Below are positions 8,475 to 22,900 of a stretch of DNA of 64,000 nt, piece by piece. The stretch is from Patescibacteria group bacterium (GTDB lineage Bacteria; Patescibacteriota; Microgenomatia; UBA10105; UBA927): contig JAMCTH010000004.1 in assembly GCA_023379025.1 (NCBI GenBank), positions 19,740 through 83,739 on the forward strand, given 5' to 3'. The translations under genes were made by a program, and so were the position numbers. Every line of letters begins with the position of its first letter. Position 1 is the stretch's first letter. Below the pieces are notes generated by a model. That model was not told where the DNA came from and ran no database searches. It saw only the letters and a list, made by a program, of their open reading frames with translations.

Positions 8475-8684
8475 CCGTCCGCGGACAAACCGGGTAAACG
8501 CACCGAAATCTGCCCACGTTACGGACGGACGGGGGAATCGAACAAAGGATCGTGCACATACGAGACAGTTTTAGCAAAGGTTTGGGAGGTTGTGAAGGGC
8601 TAAACTGTTAATTCAAGACACTTTTTTCTTTACTTAAGCCGACTTTCTCTAGCATTATACCCCACATATCCCTATACTACGTCT

Positions 8685-9596
8685 ATGAAGAAGCTTTCTA
8701 CTCCGGCCGGATCGGTCATTCTCATCCTCGCGCTGGCTCTCGTTAGTCTTGCGGTCCTTTCCATGACGTTCAGAAACGGCCTCTACAACCACTCAGAGGG
8801 CCGTCCGGTCACGGAACTGCCGCCGGACGTCAAACGCACGCTTACCCCGTCCCCCGCCGCCGCTTCCGACTCAGCGACACCCCAAGTAAAACCTGTCCGT
8901 TACCCCATCCTCATGTACCACTACGTCGAAATCGTGAAAGACCGCCGCGATACCATCCGCCAATCTCTCGATACGCAGCCGGGAGTTCTTCAAAAACAGA
9001 TTGAGACGCTCAAATCCGCAGGGTATACCTTCATCACGCCGTCCGAAGCGACAGACATGATACTCGGCAGGAAACCATGGGTTCAGAAACCCATCACCCT
9101 CTCCTTCGATGACGGCTACGGGGACTTCTACACCGACGTCTTCCCTATCCTCCAAAAAGAAGGGGTGAAAGCGGTGTCGTACGTGGTGCCGGGCTTCATA
9201 GATCATCCGAATTATATGACGCTTCCGGAGCTTCTGGATGTTGCCTCTGACCCCAGGATCGAAATCGGCGCCCATACCATGCACCACGTGTGGCTCAAGG
9301 GCGCCCGCGAGGCCGTTGCCTGGACCGAGATAGACGGCAGCCGTGCGGCCCTGGAAACGCTCCTCAAGCGCCCGATCGTGTCCTTTGCCTACCCGTACGG
9401 GGCCTTTGACAAAGAAACACTGGCGCTTGTTGCCCGCGCCGGTTTTACCAATGCCGCTTCCACGGTTCCCGGCATCGAGCAGTCAGAAGCGAACCGCTTT
9501 TTCCTCTACCGCCTCAGGCCAGGGGCCCGGACCGGCAATATTCTCCTCACCTGGCTCAAGCAGGGCACCTTCAAGGCGTACCCATCTTCCCTTTAG
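8685..9596 (+). CDS. Polysaccharide deacetylase (CE4/NodB homology) with N-terminal signal/anchor
   Basis: ITLSFDDGYGDFYTDVFPILQKEG...HTMHHVWL contains the NodB TFDDG motif and the His motifs. N-terminal hydrophobic segment is present. Confidence 0.8.
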   Translation: MKKLSTPAGSVILILALALVSLAVLSMTFRNGLYNHSEGRPVTELPPDVKRTLTPSPAAASDSATPQVKPVRYPILMYHYVEIVKDRRDTIRQSLDTQPGVLQKQIETLKSAGYTFITPSEATDMILGRKPWVQKPITLSFDDGYGDFYTDVFPILQKEGVKAVSYVVPGFIDHPNYMTLPELLDVASDPRIEIGAHTMHHVWLKGAREAVAWTEIDGSRAALETLLKRPIVSFAYPYGAFDKETLALVARAGFTNAASTVPGIEQSEANRFFLYRLRPGARTGNILLTWLKQGTFKAYPSSL

Positions 9597-9623
9597 CCTG
9601 TCAGAACGGTATAATTATCGGTC

Positions 9624-10235
9624 ATGGCTCATAGAGTATCGACCGAAATGGAACGATATCGGACGGAAGAACGACAGGCAGATGCACGCGCACGGGAGGC
9701 CTGGCTTACGGATGTGGCCTTCCGGTATGAAACGGATCATTGCGCCAGCGTCGCACTTATCGCACTGTTCGGTCCGGAACCTATCGATTTACGTCGAAAG
9801 GATGACCGTCAAAACACATATGATACGATTGAAGAAATCCGTCGGCTCGCCCAAGAGCACGGATACGCTGTTTCGTATCCTACATCTGTGATTGACTTTA
9901 TCTCCGAATTAGAAAAACCTGCTTGCCGGGGGGCAGTCATCATCATGGATAGCGTCTACGGAGATGAGGTTTTGCACTACATGACCCTTATTCCGACATG
10001 GGATATCGATGAATCTTCAGGAACAGCCACCCGCGCATACCTTCTGGTCGATGTTCCTAGTCCACAAATCAGAAGCACGGAAGCCTACCAAATTGCCAAT
10101 ATCAAATTTCATAAATTTAATGCAGGTGATGTCGCCGAAATGTATGGTTACTCGCAGTTTATGACGTTTGCAGACGGAACCGACCCGCGGTCAATCCTGA
10201 TTTTGCATGATGAATACGGAAATGACGGAGTTTAG
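9624..10235 (+). CDS. Hypothetical protein
   Basis: Long ORF in coding-like context. No recognisable motif. Confidence 0.4.
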   Translation: MAHRVSTEMERYRTEERQADARAREAWLTDVAFRYETDHCASVALIALFGPEPIDLRRKDDRQNTYDTIEEIRRLAQEHGYAVSYPTSVIDFISELEKPACRGAVIIMDSVYGDEVLHYMTLIPTWDIDESSGTATRAYLLVDVPSPQIRSTEAYQIANIKFHKFNAGDVAEMYGYSQFMTFADGTDPRSILILHDEYGNDGV

Positions 10236-10852
10236 GTTCCGGCAGCCTGAAGTTTCCGGTACACGTAACCGGTGGCAAGGAGTGTAACCGGAAGTGTTAC
10301 CAGTACGCCAACCCCGAGAGCAAGTATTCCAAGAAGCATAATACAGGCAGCAACGATATCAAATGCAATAAGCTTAAAAACGTGTCCTTCCGTCAAGCCC
10401 CAGCTCATCCGGAGTGAATCTTTCGCACCAAGATGTTTGTCTATAAGACAAAATGCCCAAAACTGAAACCGAATCGAAAGATACAACCCTGGAACAAACA
10501 GACACAGATAACCCACCACAAGGAGGATACTGTAGCAAAAAAGCCCAGTAAAATACTTCAAAACCAGACGATAATTCACCAGAAGTTCGGAAAATTTAGC
10601 TGTTTTTCCGTCAAGCACCGTTAGCGTAATTGTCAGTTTGCCGATTGTTACAATCATCTGGGCTATCCAAAAAAACAGCGATACTCCTACACCTATAAGG
10701 ATTGCGTTATGGTCGATAAGTCTTCTGACGAGAAAACCGGGGATATATGTGATAGACAGGAGTGTAACCGTCAACGGCACCCAAAAACCCCAGTGACCGC
10801 TCAATACGGTCCATCCGTAAGAAATCGCTTCTTTAATCGAAAATTGTTTCAT
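10232..10852 (-). CDS. Polytopic membrane protein, unknown function
   Basis: Several hydrophobic helices. Overlaps the upstream ORF by 4 nt. Confidence 0.5.
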   Translation of the reverse strand: MKQFSIKEAISYGWTVLSGHWGFWVPLTVTLLSITYIPGFLVRRLIDHNAILIGVGVSLFFWIAQMIVTIGKLTITLTVLDGKTAKFSELLVNYRLVLKYFTGLFCYSILLVVGYLCLFVPGLYLSIRFQFWAFCLIDKHLGAKDSLRMSWGLTEGHVFKLIAFDIVAACIMLLGILALGVGVLVTLPVTLLATGYVYRKLQAAGT

Positions 10853-10972
10853 ACGATCATTTTTCCGAACAGTCTCCCGTATGTCAAGACTTCATCGCGT
10901 TCCTCTTTTACCATATCTTTCGATTAATAATAAAATCAAACCTATATATCTACACATCAAACTGATCTGCCA

Positions 10973-13900
10973 TCAACGAACCACTGTCATCGCTGATGCC
11001 GTTGCCATATAGGAAAATGTTTGCTGTGTATATGCTTGGATTGTTTGATCATTCGCAATTGCCGTAAAAACAGGATCGTTCGGATAAATCGAATAACCGT
11101 CAATGCCATTACTGTCCTGAAGCTGACTAAATTGCCACAAGAGCACTCCGCCATTGTCCTTCGTGAATTTTTTTACTGCTGACGCAAGCGCCTGTGCGCG
11201 GCCGGCAAACTGTTCCGGAGTACAGCTCGGTGTTCCTGATGCAGAAGAACAGCTGGGCTCACAGTCTTTACAGACTGGCGGTCCATTACCGTGGTCTCCC
11301 AGTTCCCCGACATAAAATACCTTTCCAAGGCTTTGTGTCACTGCCTGAGCCTGCTGGCATTCACGGACACTCTCCGGACTATCGAGATATGCATGGCACG
11401 TCCCGGCGGAGATAAACGGTATCTGCATAATTTTTGTGTACTGAACCCCTCCGTCGGGGTAGGCAAGCACGTTGGTATTAAAACCCATAAGACCGGGAGA
11501 GATTAACACAGTCGGATTACTCTCGTGAATGATTTGCGCGGCATCGGTCATAAGAGCAATTTCTGCCGTACCGCATTCAGCCGTATCGCAGTGGGGCTCG
11601 TTAAACAGTTCAACAGCCAAGATTCGTTTGTTATATACGGTATTGGCCAAAACCGAATTTGAAATCTGTTTGATATACGGAATATAACTATCGTACGCTC
11701 CCTTCTGAAACCATTTCATGCGGCTTCCGGTACATGCGGGCGGATCCGTACACTGATACTGGGGATCGATCTCACCGAAATTGGCGAGGGAGATAATAAA
11801 CTTCATATCCGGTGCGTCGGCCGGTACATGATCCAGTACCGCCAGGATGGATTGTTCATCGAAACCGAATATCCGTACCACGGTAACTCCCTGCGCATGA
11901 AGATACGAAAGGGTTTTTGCCACTTGTTCCGGCGACCCTTTTCCGAGATTAAACGAGTTGAATCCGATAAAGTTGTTTTGTGTTACGGTAATGGCAGTGC
12001 CGGACGCTTTCGTTTGCGGAGAAGGACATGGTTCCGATTCACTACCGCATTGTATAATCGCATGGTTCGTGCTTCTGACGTCCGCAACATACCCCGGAAG
12101 ATAACCTTTCCCACCTCTTAAACCGCTTGACGAAGTAACAGGAAGACGAATGATGCGCTGAATAGACGTCACTATGGCATTCCATACCGATGCCAGAAAT
12201 TCCCAACCGCGCCGGAATATCCCCGACAGTGCGTTCCGTAACCCGTCAAGGAACCCCGGACCCTCTGGCTTTTCTTTGACATTTTTAAGCGGCATCGTTA
12301 CCGGTGTCGGGGTGGGTGTCACGGATGACAAGCCAGGGATAAGCGTCGGGGATGCATACGGTTCTGAACCGGTAGGACTCGGAAGAAGTGCAATATTGCC
12401 CCGGTAGAGGTAGGGTGTCGGGGTCGGAGCTCTTGCAACCGGAGGGTAATAATAGGTGTTTTGTCCGGTTTGATACGGAGTAGGGGTTGCGGTTGGAGCG
12501 GGTGTCGGCGTTGCCGTCGGAACGGGCGTCGGTGTTGCGGTAGGCGTCGGTGTTGGTGTAGGGGTGGGAGTTGCGGTCGGAATTGGCGTGGGTGTTGCCG
12601 TCGGAACGGGAGTGGGCGTTGCGGTAGGCGTCGGTGTTGGTGTAGGGGTGGGAGTTGCTGTCGGCAAGAGATATACCAGTGCCGGACCTCCTCCTATCGG
12701 CCCGGAAACCGCCGCGGAAGCTTGTGCCTGTATTCCGCCGCTTGATTGATTGGTCCCTCCGCCGCCGGACGACGAGGACGGCGATGAAGGCGTTTGCGGA
12801 GCCACAGATGATGCTCCCGGAGCCGGAGCCGGCGCAGGCGTCACATGAGGAAGATTCACCAAACCGGACAAACCAACCGTCGGCCAGGTAGGCAGGGAAT
12901 AGCCTGTTTCAGCGTTCTGAGGCAGAAGCGCACCAGTCACTGACTGCGCACTTCCCAATGACTGTGCCCGGGCAGTTTGGACGATCGTCTCCAGAATATT
13001 TTCTCCCTGGCCGATATATTCCCTGCCGTTAAACACCTTGGTCTTGTAATAGTCATAGAGGAGCGGAAAATCGTTTTTGAGCTGCTCGGGATGGACGACA
13101 TACTGGGTACCCGCACAGGCGAAGAATTCCATCCTTCCGCCAACGCTGCAGTTATAATCATGACTCAGAACTGTGTTCGCCGAATAGGCGGCTGCCTTCC
13201 CGTCACCCGGACGGAACTCGATATTATATGTTGCCAAAATCGCCCGGTAATCGCTTCTCTCACTGGCTAACCCCACCATCGTCCCTCCCTGATTTGGCGC
13301 GGATAATACCGCATACCGCTGCATATCCCAGGTATGAATGAGCTCATGGATGATCGCGGAAGCATAAGATTCTCTATAATAATTATCGTCAGGGCGTAAC
13401 GGCCATGGAATCATGATTGAGGAGTTTCCCCATGCCTCGCCGCCGAGATATCCCTGATCTACATTCGAGCGCATCATGAGATCAATTAACCGGCCGGTCG
13501 AGAGATTTGGCGGGAGGATAGCAAGCGTATTATCGAGGATATTGAGCTCATCCGGCGTCCAGTAACCTCTTGTCGCCAAAACCTTTATATTGTATTTTGC
13601 ATCCAACGCCAATTGCTGCGCTACCGTTGAATAAGCCAGTTGGGCTATTTCCCCCGCACGCTGTACATCGGTAATGATGGTAAACGTATAATCCGATCCG
13701 CATTCTAGTGTATGTCCGGAGGTATCGAGCATATAATCACCCGGCAGGCACTCACCGTTCCATTTCTTCTCGGGCGTACAGGTTACGACCCGGGTCTTAC
13801 TCGGGAGTACTTCCATATCCCCGGTTGTGCATGTTTGGTTAGCCAATTCGGCCAGTCGGGCTTTGTCTGCCGCATCAATTGCTGCGATGGCACTGTTCCT

Positions 13901-16900
13901 TTGTAAATCCTGGGCAGAAAGACCGCTGAGTCTCAGGCGTATAGCATCAACCGGAGGCAGTATGTTGTCGCAAAGCCATTCCGATACCGGTTCACCGGTA
14001 TTCAGACAATAGGCTTCCGACGCTCCCGCAATACCAACAGTTATACCGCCTGCTAATAAAAGTTTTCTTCCGTTGATGGCAGGTAATTGTATCGCGCCGC
14101 CTCTTCCCGTATTGGAGGCCAATTCTTCCGCCGTCAGGGTAAAGACATCCGGATCCCGTCCCGGGTTAAGGATGCTTATCCTCAGGCTGGACGATGCCGG
14201 ATTTTGAGCGCTCGTGCGGGCGGTATTGATGGCTTGCACCGCCTCCTGATCATTCATAGGATGGGCGACTATTCTGTTCACTTCCTTGCCGTTTTCATCA
14301 AACACCGTGATGGTCACTTCCGATCCGGTTCCGATCGGGTGCTCCTCCCGCACGAGCCCACCGAGATAGCGTTTTTCTATGGTGAGGACGGGATTTTCTA
14401 CAGGAGGCTGTTCTTTGATGCCGAAGATACGCCGTATCGTCTGCCCTGGGGTTCTCCCGGCAAGTTCCTGACTACTGAGAGGCGCCACCGTTGTAACCGT
14501 CTGACCTTCTGCTGGTGTCAAATGCATGGGGCTTTCAACTGCTCCTGCAGGATGCGGTCCGGGAAGGATGGTAATCCTGTCTCCCTGAAATCGGACCGGA
14601 ATTTCTGATCCGTCAATGCGTTGAATGATAATCTGGTCACCGTAGGATACCGGAGTCGTACCCAGGGATATTTCTGTCCGGACAATGTTTCCGCCGGGAT
14701 CCCTTGTCATCCGGAAGAGTTTATCTTCAGGGAGAAATCCGACTTCCGGCTGATCTCCTATGAGCACTCTTGTACCGGGTCGTGGAGTAAATGTAGTTAC
14801 GGGGTGTTCCATCCCAACCAATTCCTGCTGCACGGCATCTACCCGCGCCCGCGCGATATCGAGCCGGGATTGCGCGGCATTCCTTGCCTCGGCGGTAGTA
14901 GTACCCGTATAGGCATTGGTGGCATCGACGAGCTCACGCTCGGCCGCCTCCACTTCAGCCTGTACGGCCGCAAGTGTTCTGGTTGCTGCACCTGTCGGAA
15001 CCCCGCCGGTGCCGCCCAACAATGTCGGGCGCTCATTCCAGAGTGTGCGGAGCCGACCAAGAATTCCGCCGGATCCGGCTCCTCCGGCAGTTTCCATCGG
15101 TACCAGACCGGACTGCGCAAGAGATGCGGCAGCGGCCTGCTGTCGGGCTTCTCGAGTAATCAAATCAACCAACTTTTGGTTCTCTTGTGCAATTTTGGAC
15201 CTCAAAACCGGAGCTACCGGCTTCCCTGCCGCTTCTGCAGTTGTCTGCTCGGTAATAAGCTCTGATAGATTCTTTCTAGTAGCTTCCAAATCCGCCTCCG
15301 TTTGGGCAATTAATGCATTAAGATCTGAAGAACTTGTTGTAACTACGGGTTCAACTGCTGGTGCTGTACCGGTTACAGGTACTCCTCCTGCTGTCGTTGG
15401 CGTCACGACACTTACCCCCCTGCCTCCGGGTGTCTCAAACCGGAGAGAGCCATCCCGGGAAAGGATCTGGATCGAGTCGACAGAGGCGGTCGGGACATTG
15501 GCAACGGTTGGGGTGGTCCCGACCGGAAACTCCCGGGTAGCGCCATTGGTAAACCGGATGACCACGCGGTCTCCGTCTGCCAAGGCCGGAGAGGTAATTG
15601 CATTGCCACTCGCGTTGGTCGTTCTCACGGTTTGCCCCGGACGGAAGTCAGAAATCGTTGCACCGGAAACAGTTTCACCACTTGGTTGAAGTGCTGGTTC
15701 TCCAGAATAAAGCACATTTGCTTTAATTTTATTTGCGATTTCTTCACTCTGATAAAATAATTGCGTTTGTGGATCATAAAAATACCCACCTGCTTCTTTT
15801 CCTAGCTGTATTGGATCAATCGGTCTGCCTTCTGGAAGTTTCCCTTCCATTATTTGATAGACTTCTGCATATGTTAATGGTCTGTACTGTCCTACTGTCG
15901 GAAATGCTTGATCTTGAAATTGACTTGTAATAGCAAGCATTTGATCTTCTACTTGCACAGCTGTTGTTTCGGCACTAACAGGAATTTCAAATCTATAAAC
16001 ATTATCAGCTTCGAGATATCTCGCACCTAGGCGTACAGCAATAGCTTTATTCTCTGCAGATAATCCGTCTGCTGGTATCTCTAAATACGCTACACTACCT
16101 ACGTTTTTACCATTAGCACTGGTCACGGATGTAGGAATATTCTTATCCCATAAGTCTCTTGTTGGTCTTAACAATGGCGCTTCAATGATATCATCGAGTT
16201 GTGCTCTAGAACGAATAATATCGGCACTTACTTCTATTGCGGGCACATCCCTAACCAGTAAGTTATCTGCAAATGGTCTGGATCCCAAAGAATTGAAAAC
16301 TAGTTGTGTTTGTGTGCTTGGTGTCACGACGCTCACGCCTCGTCCACCTGGGGTCTCAAACCGGAGGGAGCCATCCCGGGAAAGGATCTGGATCGAGTCG
16401 ACAGAGGCGGTCGGGACATTGGCAACGGTTGGGGTGGTCCCGACCGGAAACTCCCGGGTAGCGCCATTGGTAAACCGGATGACCACGCGGTCTCCGTCTG
16501 CCAAGGCCGGAGAGGTAATCGCGTTGCCACTCGCGTTGGTCGTTCTCACGGTTTGCCCCGGACGGAAGTCGGAGATTACATCTCCGGCTGTCGGACGGAC
16601 CGAACTGGTCACCGGCTGGACCGCCGGTGGTCGTGGCGGTGTGGTACCGAGTCCGGAGCGGGCATATGAAGCTGCGGCTGCCTCCTGACGGGTCAACTGC
16701 GACGAAAGATCCGTTGCTTGCTGCTCCAGTCGTGCGAGTTGCTGCTCAAGCGCGGGATCTACAGTCTGTCCCGCAGTACGAAGCGCCGTAATCTGACGAT
16801 CCAGATCTCCTGCGGCAACCCGTACGCTTGCTAAATCATATTGTGTCTGCCGTACCAAAGAGCTTATCATAGCCTCTGATGAATCCAGTGGCGGCACGCC

Positions 16901-19900
16901 GGGTCTGCCGCTTGGCCGGTAAAAAAGATCCCGGATACGCTCGAGGAGACTTCTGTCTGTTACCGATAGTTGCGCGCTTGACGCAGCAAATGACTGCTTA
17001 CCCGGCGGGGATATAACCACTCCGTCTCCAGGTAAAATTCTCAGGGGTGCTTCCGTCCCGCCTATCGTTCCGGTTCCTGTCGGACGGCCGAAACGGTCAT
17101 AGACCGTTACCGTATCCCCGTTGTGAAGGATGACAGTATCAGTCACGGCACCATCAGGAGAAGTTTTGAGAAGCTTCATCCCGGAAGTGAGGACGGTTCC
17201 CTCAGAAGGTGCGGCTACAATAGGCGGCACCGTCACCTGAGAAACGACGGGTAAAGCGCTTCCGGAAGGCGCAACGACGACATTCGGCACATACTCTGAC
17301 GCCCGGAATACTTCAACTCCTTTGCCGGGAAGTACGACCACGTTTGTTGATGCGGTACCGCTCGTGACCCGTACGGCCGTCACATCACTCGGGTCATACC
17401 TGAGCCCTATGGGTTCTGCACCAACAGTGATCGTTTGGCGTTCAGGGATAAGACCAAGAATTTTTTCACGATAGGTGACGGTAACGACATCACCGGCCCG
17501 CAATTCCTGACCGATATTCTGGTAAGTAACGCCGTTTCTCGGAGTCATAATCCGGTCACCCGCTACAAGGCTATATGACGTTCTCGGCCCAGTGATCGTC
17601 GGAGGCATCTCCGAGTCAACAATTGCAGCCCATTGCGAATCAACCGATACCCCTCTGACCACCACGGGGAAACGGTTCCCCGTCACGTCTGCCGCAGCAA
17701 ACCCAAGTGAATCTCCCTGTGTATCATAAAGTACATAAGCGCGCAGGTCTCCGTTCTGAATCTGTTGAATAACATCTCCCGGGAGTTCCTGCAGCGCTTC
17801 CGGAGAAGATGCGGCAAACTCGGGGGTAACCGGTGTCGCGACAACACTTCCCCGTACGGTGACGGTGCCCGGTGAGGGCGCCTCAGGCGGTACCGGCGGA
17901 ATTTCTACCGGTGCCGTAGCAACTACCGGTGCCGGGGACACCGGAGGCTCAGCCGGAGGACGATAAAAGATATCGCGGATACGTTCGAAAATAGTTCTGC
18001 TTGACTGTTGGATTTCCGTGCGCGCTGCAGCAAATGACGGCTCACCCGGCGGAGTGATTACCACGCTGTCCGAGCCGGATAGCGTAAGCGGAGCCTGAAT
18101 CTGACCCAACGGCTGAGACTGCACAATCGGCCGGCCGGCACCGTCATACATCGATATCCTGTCTCCGGTATGTAGAATAATGCTGTCCGTGACCGTTCCG
18201 TCAGGAGAGACTTTCACGAGTTTCATCCCCGGTTGCAGTGCAAGTTCCGTATCCTGCGCGGTTAGTGAGACCTGCGGAATTGTGGCTGTCGGATATTGGC
18301 GCTCGAGAGTAGCTAGGTTTTCATTAAAACGCGCGACCACATTCTGGCTTGTGTATGCCGGCTCCGCGGATACGAGAAAGTCCGTTACTTGACGATCTGC
18401 ATAGACTGCTACCCCATCTGCAGTCATTCTGAAATTTACCGGAGCCATATCCGCGACGAAGCCGTGCTCTGCTAATGCCTCGGCGGTCCGGACGACACCC
18501 GGAATATCAGCTAGTTCCGGCTGAGATCCTTCAAGATAACGCGTCAGGATAAGCACAGAGCCATCGGGTTGAGAAATGACTTCTGTTGGGGGAATAAGTC
18601 CTTCTAAATCCCGGACGCGCAGCTGTACCTGCTGTATATTGCTTCCTACCGCCCGCTGGTAGACAACATATCGGGAACCGTTTGCGCGGCGGATGAGGTT
18701 CAGTTCAATTCCGTCGTTCTGAATGACCCGATCAATACCGGTTATGTCAGGTACGGAATCGAGAGCACGTGAAATTGCCCGATTAAACGGCTGGCTTCTA
18801 AATTCTGGAACCGTATATGATTTTGTAATGGCTTCAAGATGACTCAGTGCGTAATCGGAAAGAGCGACATATACATCAGGTGTTAGGAGCGTTGCCGTAT
18901 TTGCTCGAATATAGGCAATCTTGTCCGGTATCGACAGACCAAAATACTCACTCGGTAATTTCCCGGGTTCTATAAACGATTCAAGTTGCCTGAGCATGGC
19001 ATCGCTCACTCCGCTGCCTTGCGGCTGATCCGTAAACCGCGTCGCTATGTTTAACCACTCGTCAGCAACCGTTCTCCCATACGACTGCGGTGTCAGGATC
19101 CCCGGCGGTGTCAGGTGTTGGCCTTCTGTAAGCTGTGGGGCCTGTACAGGTGGTTCGATAATCGGTGGTTCCGGCGGACGTGCGAGCGTCGGAACATGCT
19201 CTGCATCCAGTATTGCCCCCCACTGCTTGAAATTGTCTACATGGACTGCCGGAGCAAACAGTGTGCCGTCGGTAGTCCGTGTCGCAAAGCCGAGCGAGTG
19301 GCCGTTTGTATCGGAGATGACGTAGACGGTCGCTCTCCCTGAAATGACGTCGTTTCTCAGTGTCTGCGGTACCGATGCCCATGCTTCCTCAGACCCCTGC
19401 GCAAATGCAGGCGTGACCGGCGTCGCTATGACATCCCCGGTATAGGGCACGATCCCTACCGCACCCGAAGAAACCGTCACCGGCGCTGCGCCTGGGGATT
19501 CAAAGGTCATGACTCCCCTGCTATTGACGACACGGATGCCCGCAATATCGGACTCCGGAACATTCACGGCCACCGGATCCGAACCCACGGCAAACTCCCG
19601 GGTCGCCGTTGTTCCTTTAAATGAAACCACCACGCGGTCACCCTCCTGAAGGGTCGTTGTAACGGGCAACGGATTTCCCGGTTCCCGGGAAAGTAACGTC
19701 TGTCCCGGACGGAAATCGGCAATAACCTCTGAACCCGGCAGCGCTTCTGCCGGGATTGACCGTGATGGTGGCACGACAGCCGGTGCAACCGGAGCTTCCG
19801 GTGCCGGAACTGCCGGTTCCTTCGGACCGAAAAACCGGTTCCACAGCGCCTGCAACGGATTCTGTCTGGGTACGGCGGGCACCCCTGCCTGAGCAACAGG

Positions 19901-22900
19901 AATTTCCTGTGCCTGCCGTAGCGATTCCGGAACCGGCACAACTTCAACCCGGGTCAGTGTCACGTCGACCGGGGCGTTCCCCACAATCTTCGTATTACCG
20001 GCTGCATCCGTCACCCGGATATTCGAAACGCGTTCTCCAACCCGTATGTCGGTGAATATATGCGGCTGCTCCTGGTAGACGGTCGCAGATACCCGCCTCC
20101 CGGTCGAAAGCGTCAACTCTACAGTGTCGCCTACATCAATCTTGCCTGTATCCAACACCGTCTGCACACCGTCCTGCTCTCTCAGTGTTATTCTGTCCCC
20201 GACTTGAAGGGAAAAGGGATTTTCGGGTGTAATCGGTTCGTTGGCCGCAGAGCGGGTAAGTACCCGGACCTGCGTCGGGCCGGCCTCAGCAGATGCGCCG
20301 GCTCCCGGACCGATTGTTGGCGCGTGTTCGGCATCGAGGATTGCCGCCCACTGCGTATCAACCGGTACATCAGAGACCACAACCGGAAGCCTGTTCGTCC
20401 GGACATTGCCGACGGCAAATCCGAGTGAACTCCCTTGGGTATCCGAAAGTACATACGCCGTCAGCTCTCCGCTTCTGATCTGGTCAATCACATCTGCCGG
20501 AATAGCATCCAAGGCTTCCGGAGATGTTGCCGCAAAGTCAGCAGTTACCGGTGTAGCAACCACGCGGCCTTTGACCGTAGCAGCGTCCTCAAGAACCACC
20601 GGTGCATCCGCCGGAGGCGCGATAGCCGGTATCTCAGGTGCTCCGGCAAGCTGCTGCGCCGGACGGACCGCCGGTTGTCTGTTAAACCAACGGTCAAAGA
20701 GAGACGGCGTATCCGTCCGGACGAACCCGTATGCCGTATCCGGCGCCGGAGCGCGGAAGGTCTGGACGCGGGCGTTTGCAGCATCCGGGACAAAGCGAAT
20801 CTGCTGTCCACGGACGGTTTCGTAACTTGCCGCAAGAGATGTTGCCGTCGTTTCATCTAGCCGCGCCGCGCGAAGCACCGTTCCGCTGTCGTCCAGAATC
20901 TGGATCTCTCCGGCAACACCGCTGTTTCTGATCCCGGTATACACGCGGTCCAGCGTATTGGTCACCGCCATCTGATCCTGGAATTTCGGAATCGGCGATG
21001 AAGAGAATCTGTTTTCAATGGCAAGCACCGCATCCTCTGCTTTACTCAAAGTCCGCGTAATCGCGCTGTCACTCCCGAAAATCTTACTGCTTATGACCGA
21101 AGCCGCACCCGGAAGCTGATGCAACATCGGACCTTCCTGTGCCAATGCAACCGGCTGCTGGACCACGCGCATACGCGGTATCGACGTTGCCTGCCCTACG
21201 TCCACCGTCGCATGACCCCCGCCACTAGTCTGTGATTCAAGAAACTTACCCCGGGTCACACCTTGTCCACCTGCTCGGTCTGCGTAGTATTCTGACAATC
21301 CACCGTCAATATTCGTTACCCTCGGATCTATAGGCACTCCTCCTTCGCTATGCCCATGCACGATCCCTTTCCCTCCGTATTGCCGAAGCATCATATCCAC
21401 ACCCTGGGAATTCAATTGACCTCGAGTTGTCAAGTCACCGGCTAATTCGCGAAGGGTCTTCGTCACGGTCCTGCCGGATGCATCGGTGAATGTTGCACTG
21501 CCTTTTTGTAAAATCGTACGGATATTGGCATTCACCTCGTCTACCGTCCGCCCGTATTGCAGATAGTTCACGGTATCGGCATGAAAATATAGGAGTCCAT
21601 CATTCAAATCAATCGCCTTAAGTGATTTCAGAAACTGCGCAACCTGTGGCTTCCCGTGAAGTTCAATGAGATCTGCAACGGTTGCGCCCGGATCGATGGG
21701 AGAAGTCTGCGCGGCAAGTTGAGCCGCTTCCTGAATACTCATGCCTCGACTAATAAAACTTTCCATTTGGTCATAGCTATAGACCATAGCCGCATCATGA
21801 TTGCCGAGAAACGTCTTAACCCGAAGCTGTCCTGTTGTTGGATTTACACCCGCCTCCCGCTGCAGATTCATAATCCGTTCTGCGGTTCCGACGGATGAAA
21901 CGCCTGTCGGCGCCCGGTCCACAAAATCACCGGTTAAGACCAGTTCATCATTCGGACCGCCGATCCAATGTCCTGACGGATCAAGGAGTTGCTTCCCAAC
22001 AACTTTTCCTTCAACGGATCTGGACTGTCCGCTCGTCATCCGGACGAGTTGATCCCAATCACCATGAACATCTCCTACGGCTACAGAAGTTCTCCCAACG
22101 CCTGCAGTAGCACGTACTGTAATCCTCTGGTTCAAACTATCCAAAAACTGTTGCCTTGCGCCCTTGAGCGTTTGCTCTACATCGGTGGCAAGCGTCTGGT
22201 TTGAAAGCATGCGCTGCGCCTCATTCCTTGCCCAGCCGGAACCGATGATTTGCCGGTCAAAATACTCCCCGGCAGCCCGCTGTATTTCCTGGCGGATTAC
22301 CCTTTCGTCAGTGATGCCCTGCGCAATCAGTTCCTGTGCCCTGTTTCTTGCAGCAGCATTTAGGCCTTCATTAATATTTGGTGCGATACCTTTGGAAACA
22401 TCTCCTATCTGCGATTGGGCCGATCTAGCCAGTCGGACTGGCTCAGCAACCGGAGCAGGCGGGGCTACAACCCGTGGTTGAACCCGCAGATAGTACCGTA
22501 CTCCTGCCGGCGTGGTAACAGCATCTACCGTAGCTCTTCCTATCTGATTATTGACAATGTCGCCAGTGAGTCCCCGAATTTGCTGCTCAACCTGCCGAGC
22601 TATACCCAAATCTCCCGTTGTCGCATAGACCTGGTCAAATACCAGGGAATTACCGCTTCTACTTGGATTGGTTCTGGGATCCAGCCACGCATTCACCCGG
22701 TCGCGGATCGCCTGCCGGGTTGCGGTATTTAGTTGATCCACCGATGCAGCTCCCTGAGTATTCGTCCGCCCGGCAAATTGCTGCAACTGTGTGTCCAGGT
22801 CATCTGTTATCCCGTTGATAATTGGTCGCACTTGCGTATCGACCACATTTTTGGGAATATTTCTGTTGATCCGCATGGTCACTGCTGCTTCTTCCGGTGT

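Noticed and set aside
8250-8603. 117-aa plus-strand ORF.
   Set aside because: Antisense to the transposase-like ORF, with no support.
12460-12750. Short tandem repeats that might suggest a CRISPR array or minisatellite.
   Set aside because: The units are 6-12 nt, imperfect and in frame, encoding a Pro-Thr linker of the giant protein. There are no 25-40-nt repeat/spacer periodicity and no cas genes.
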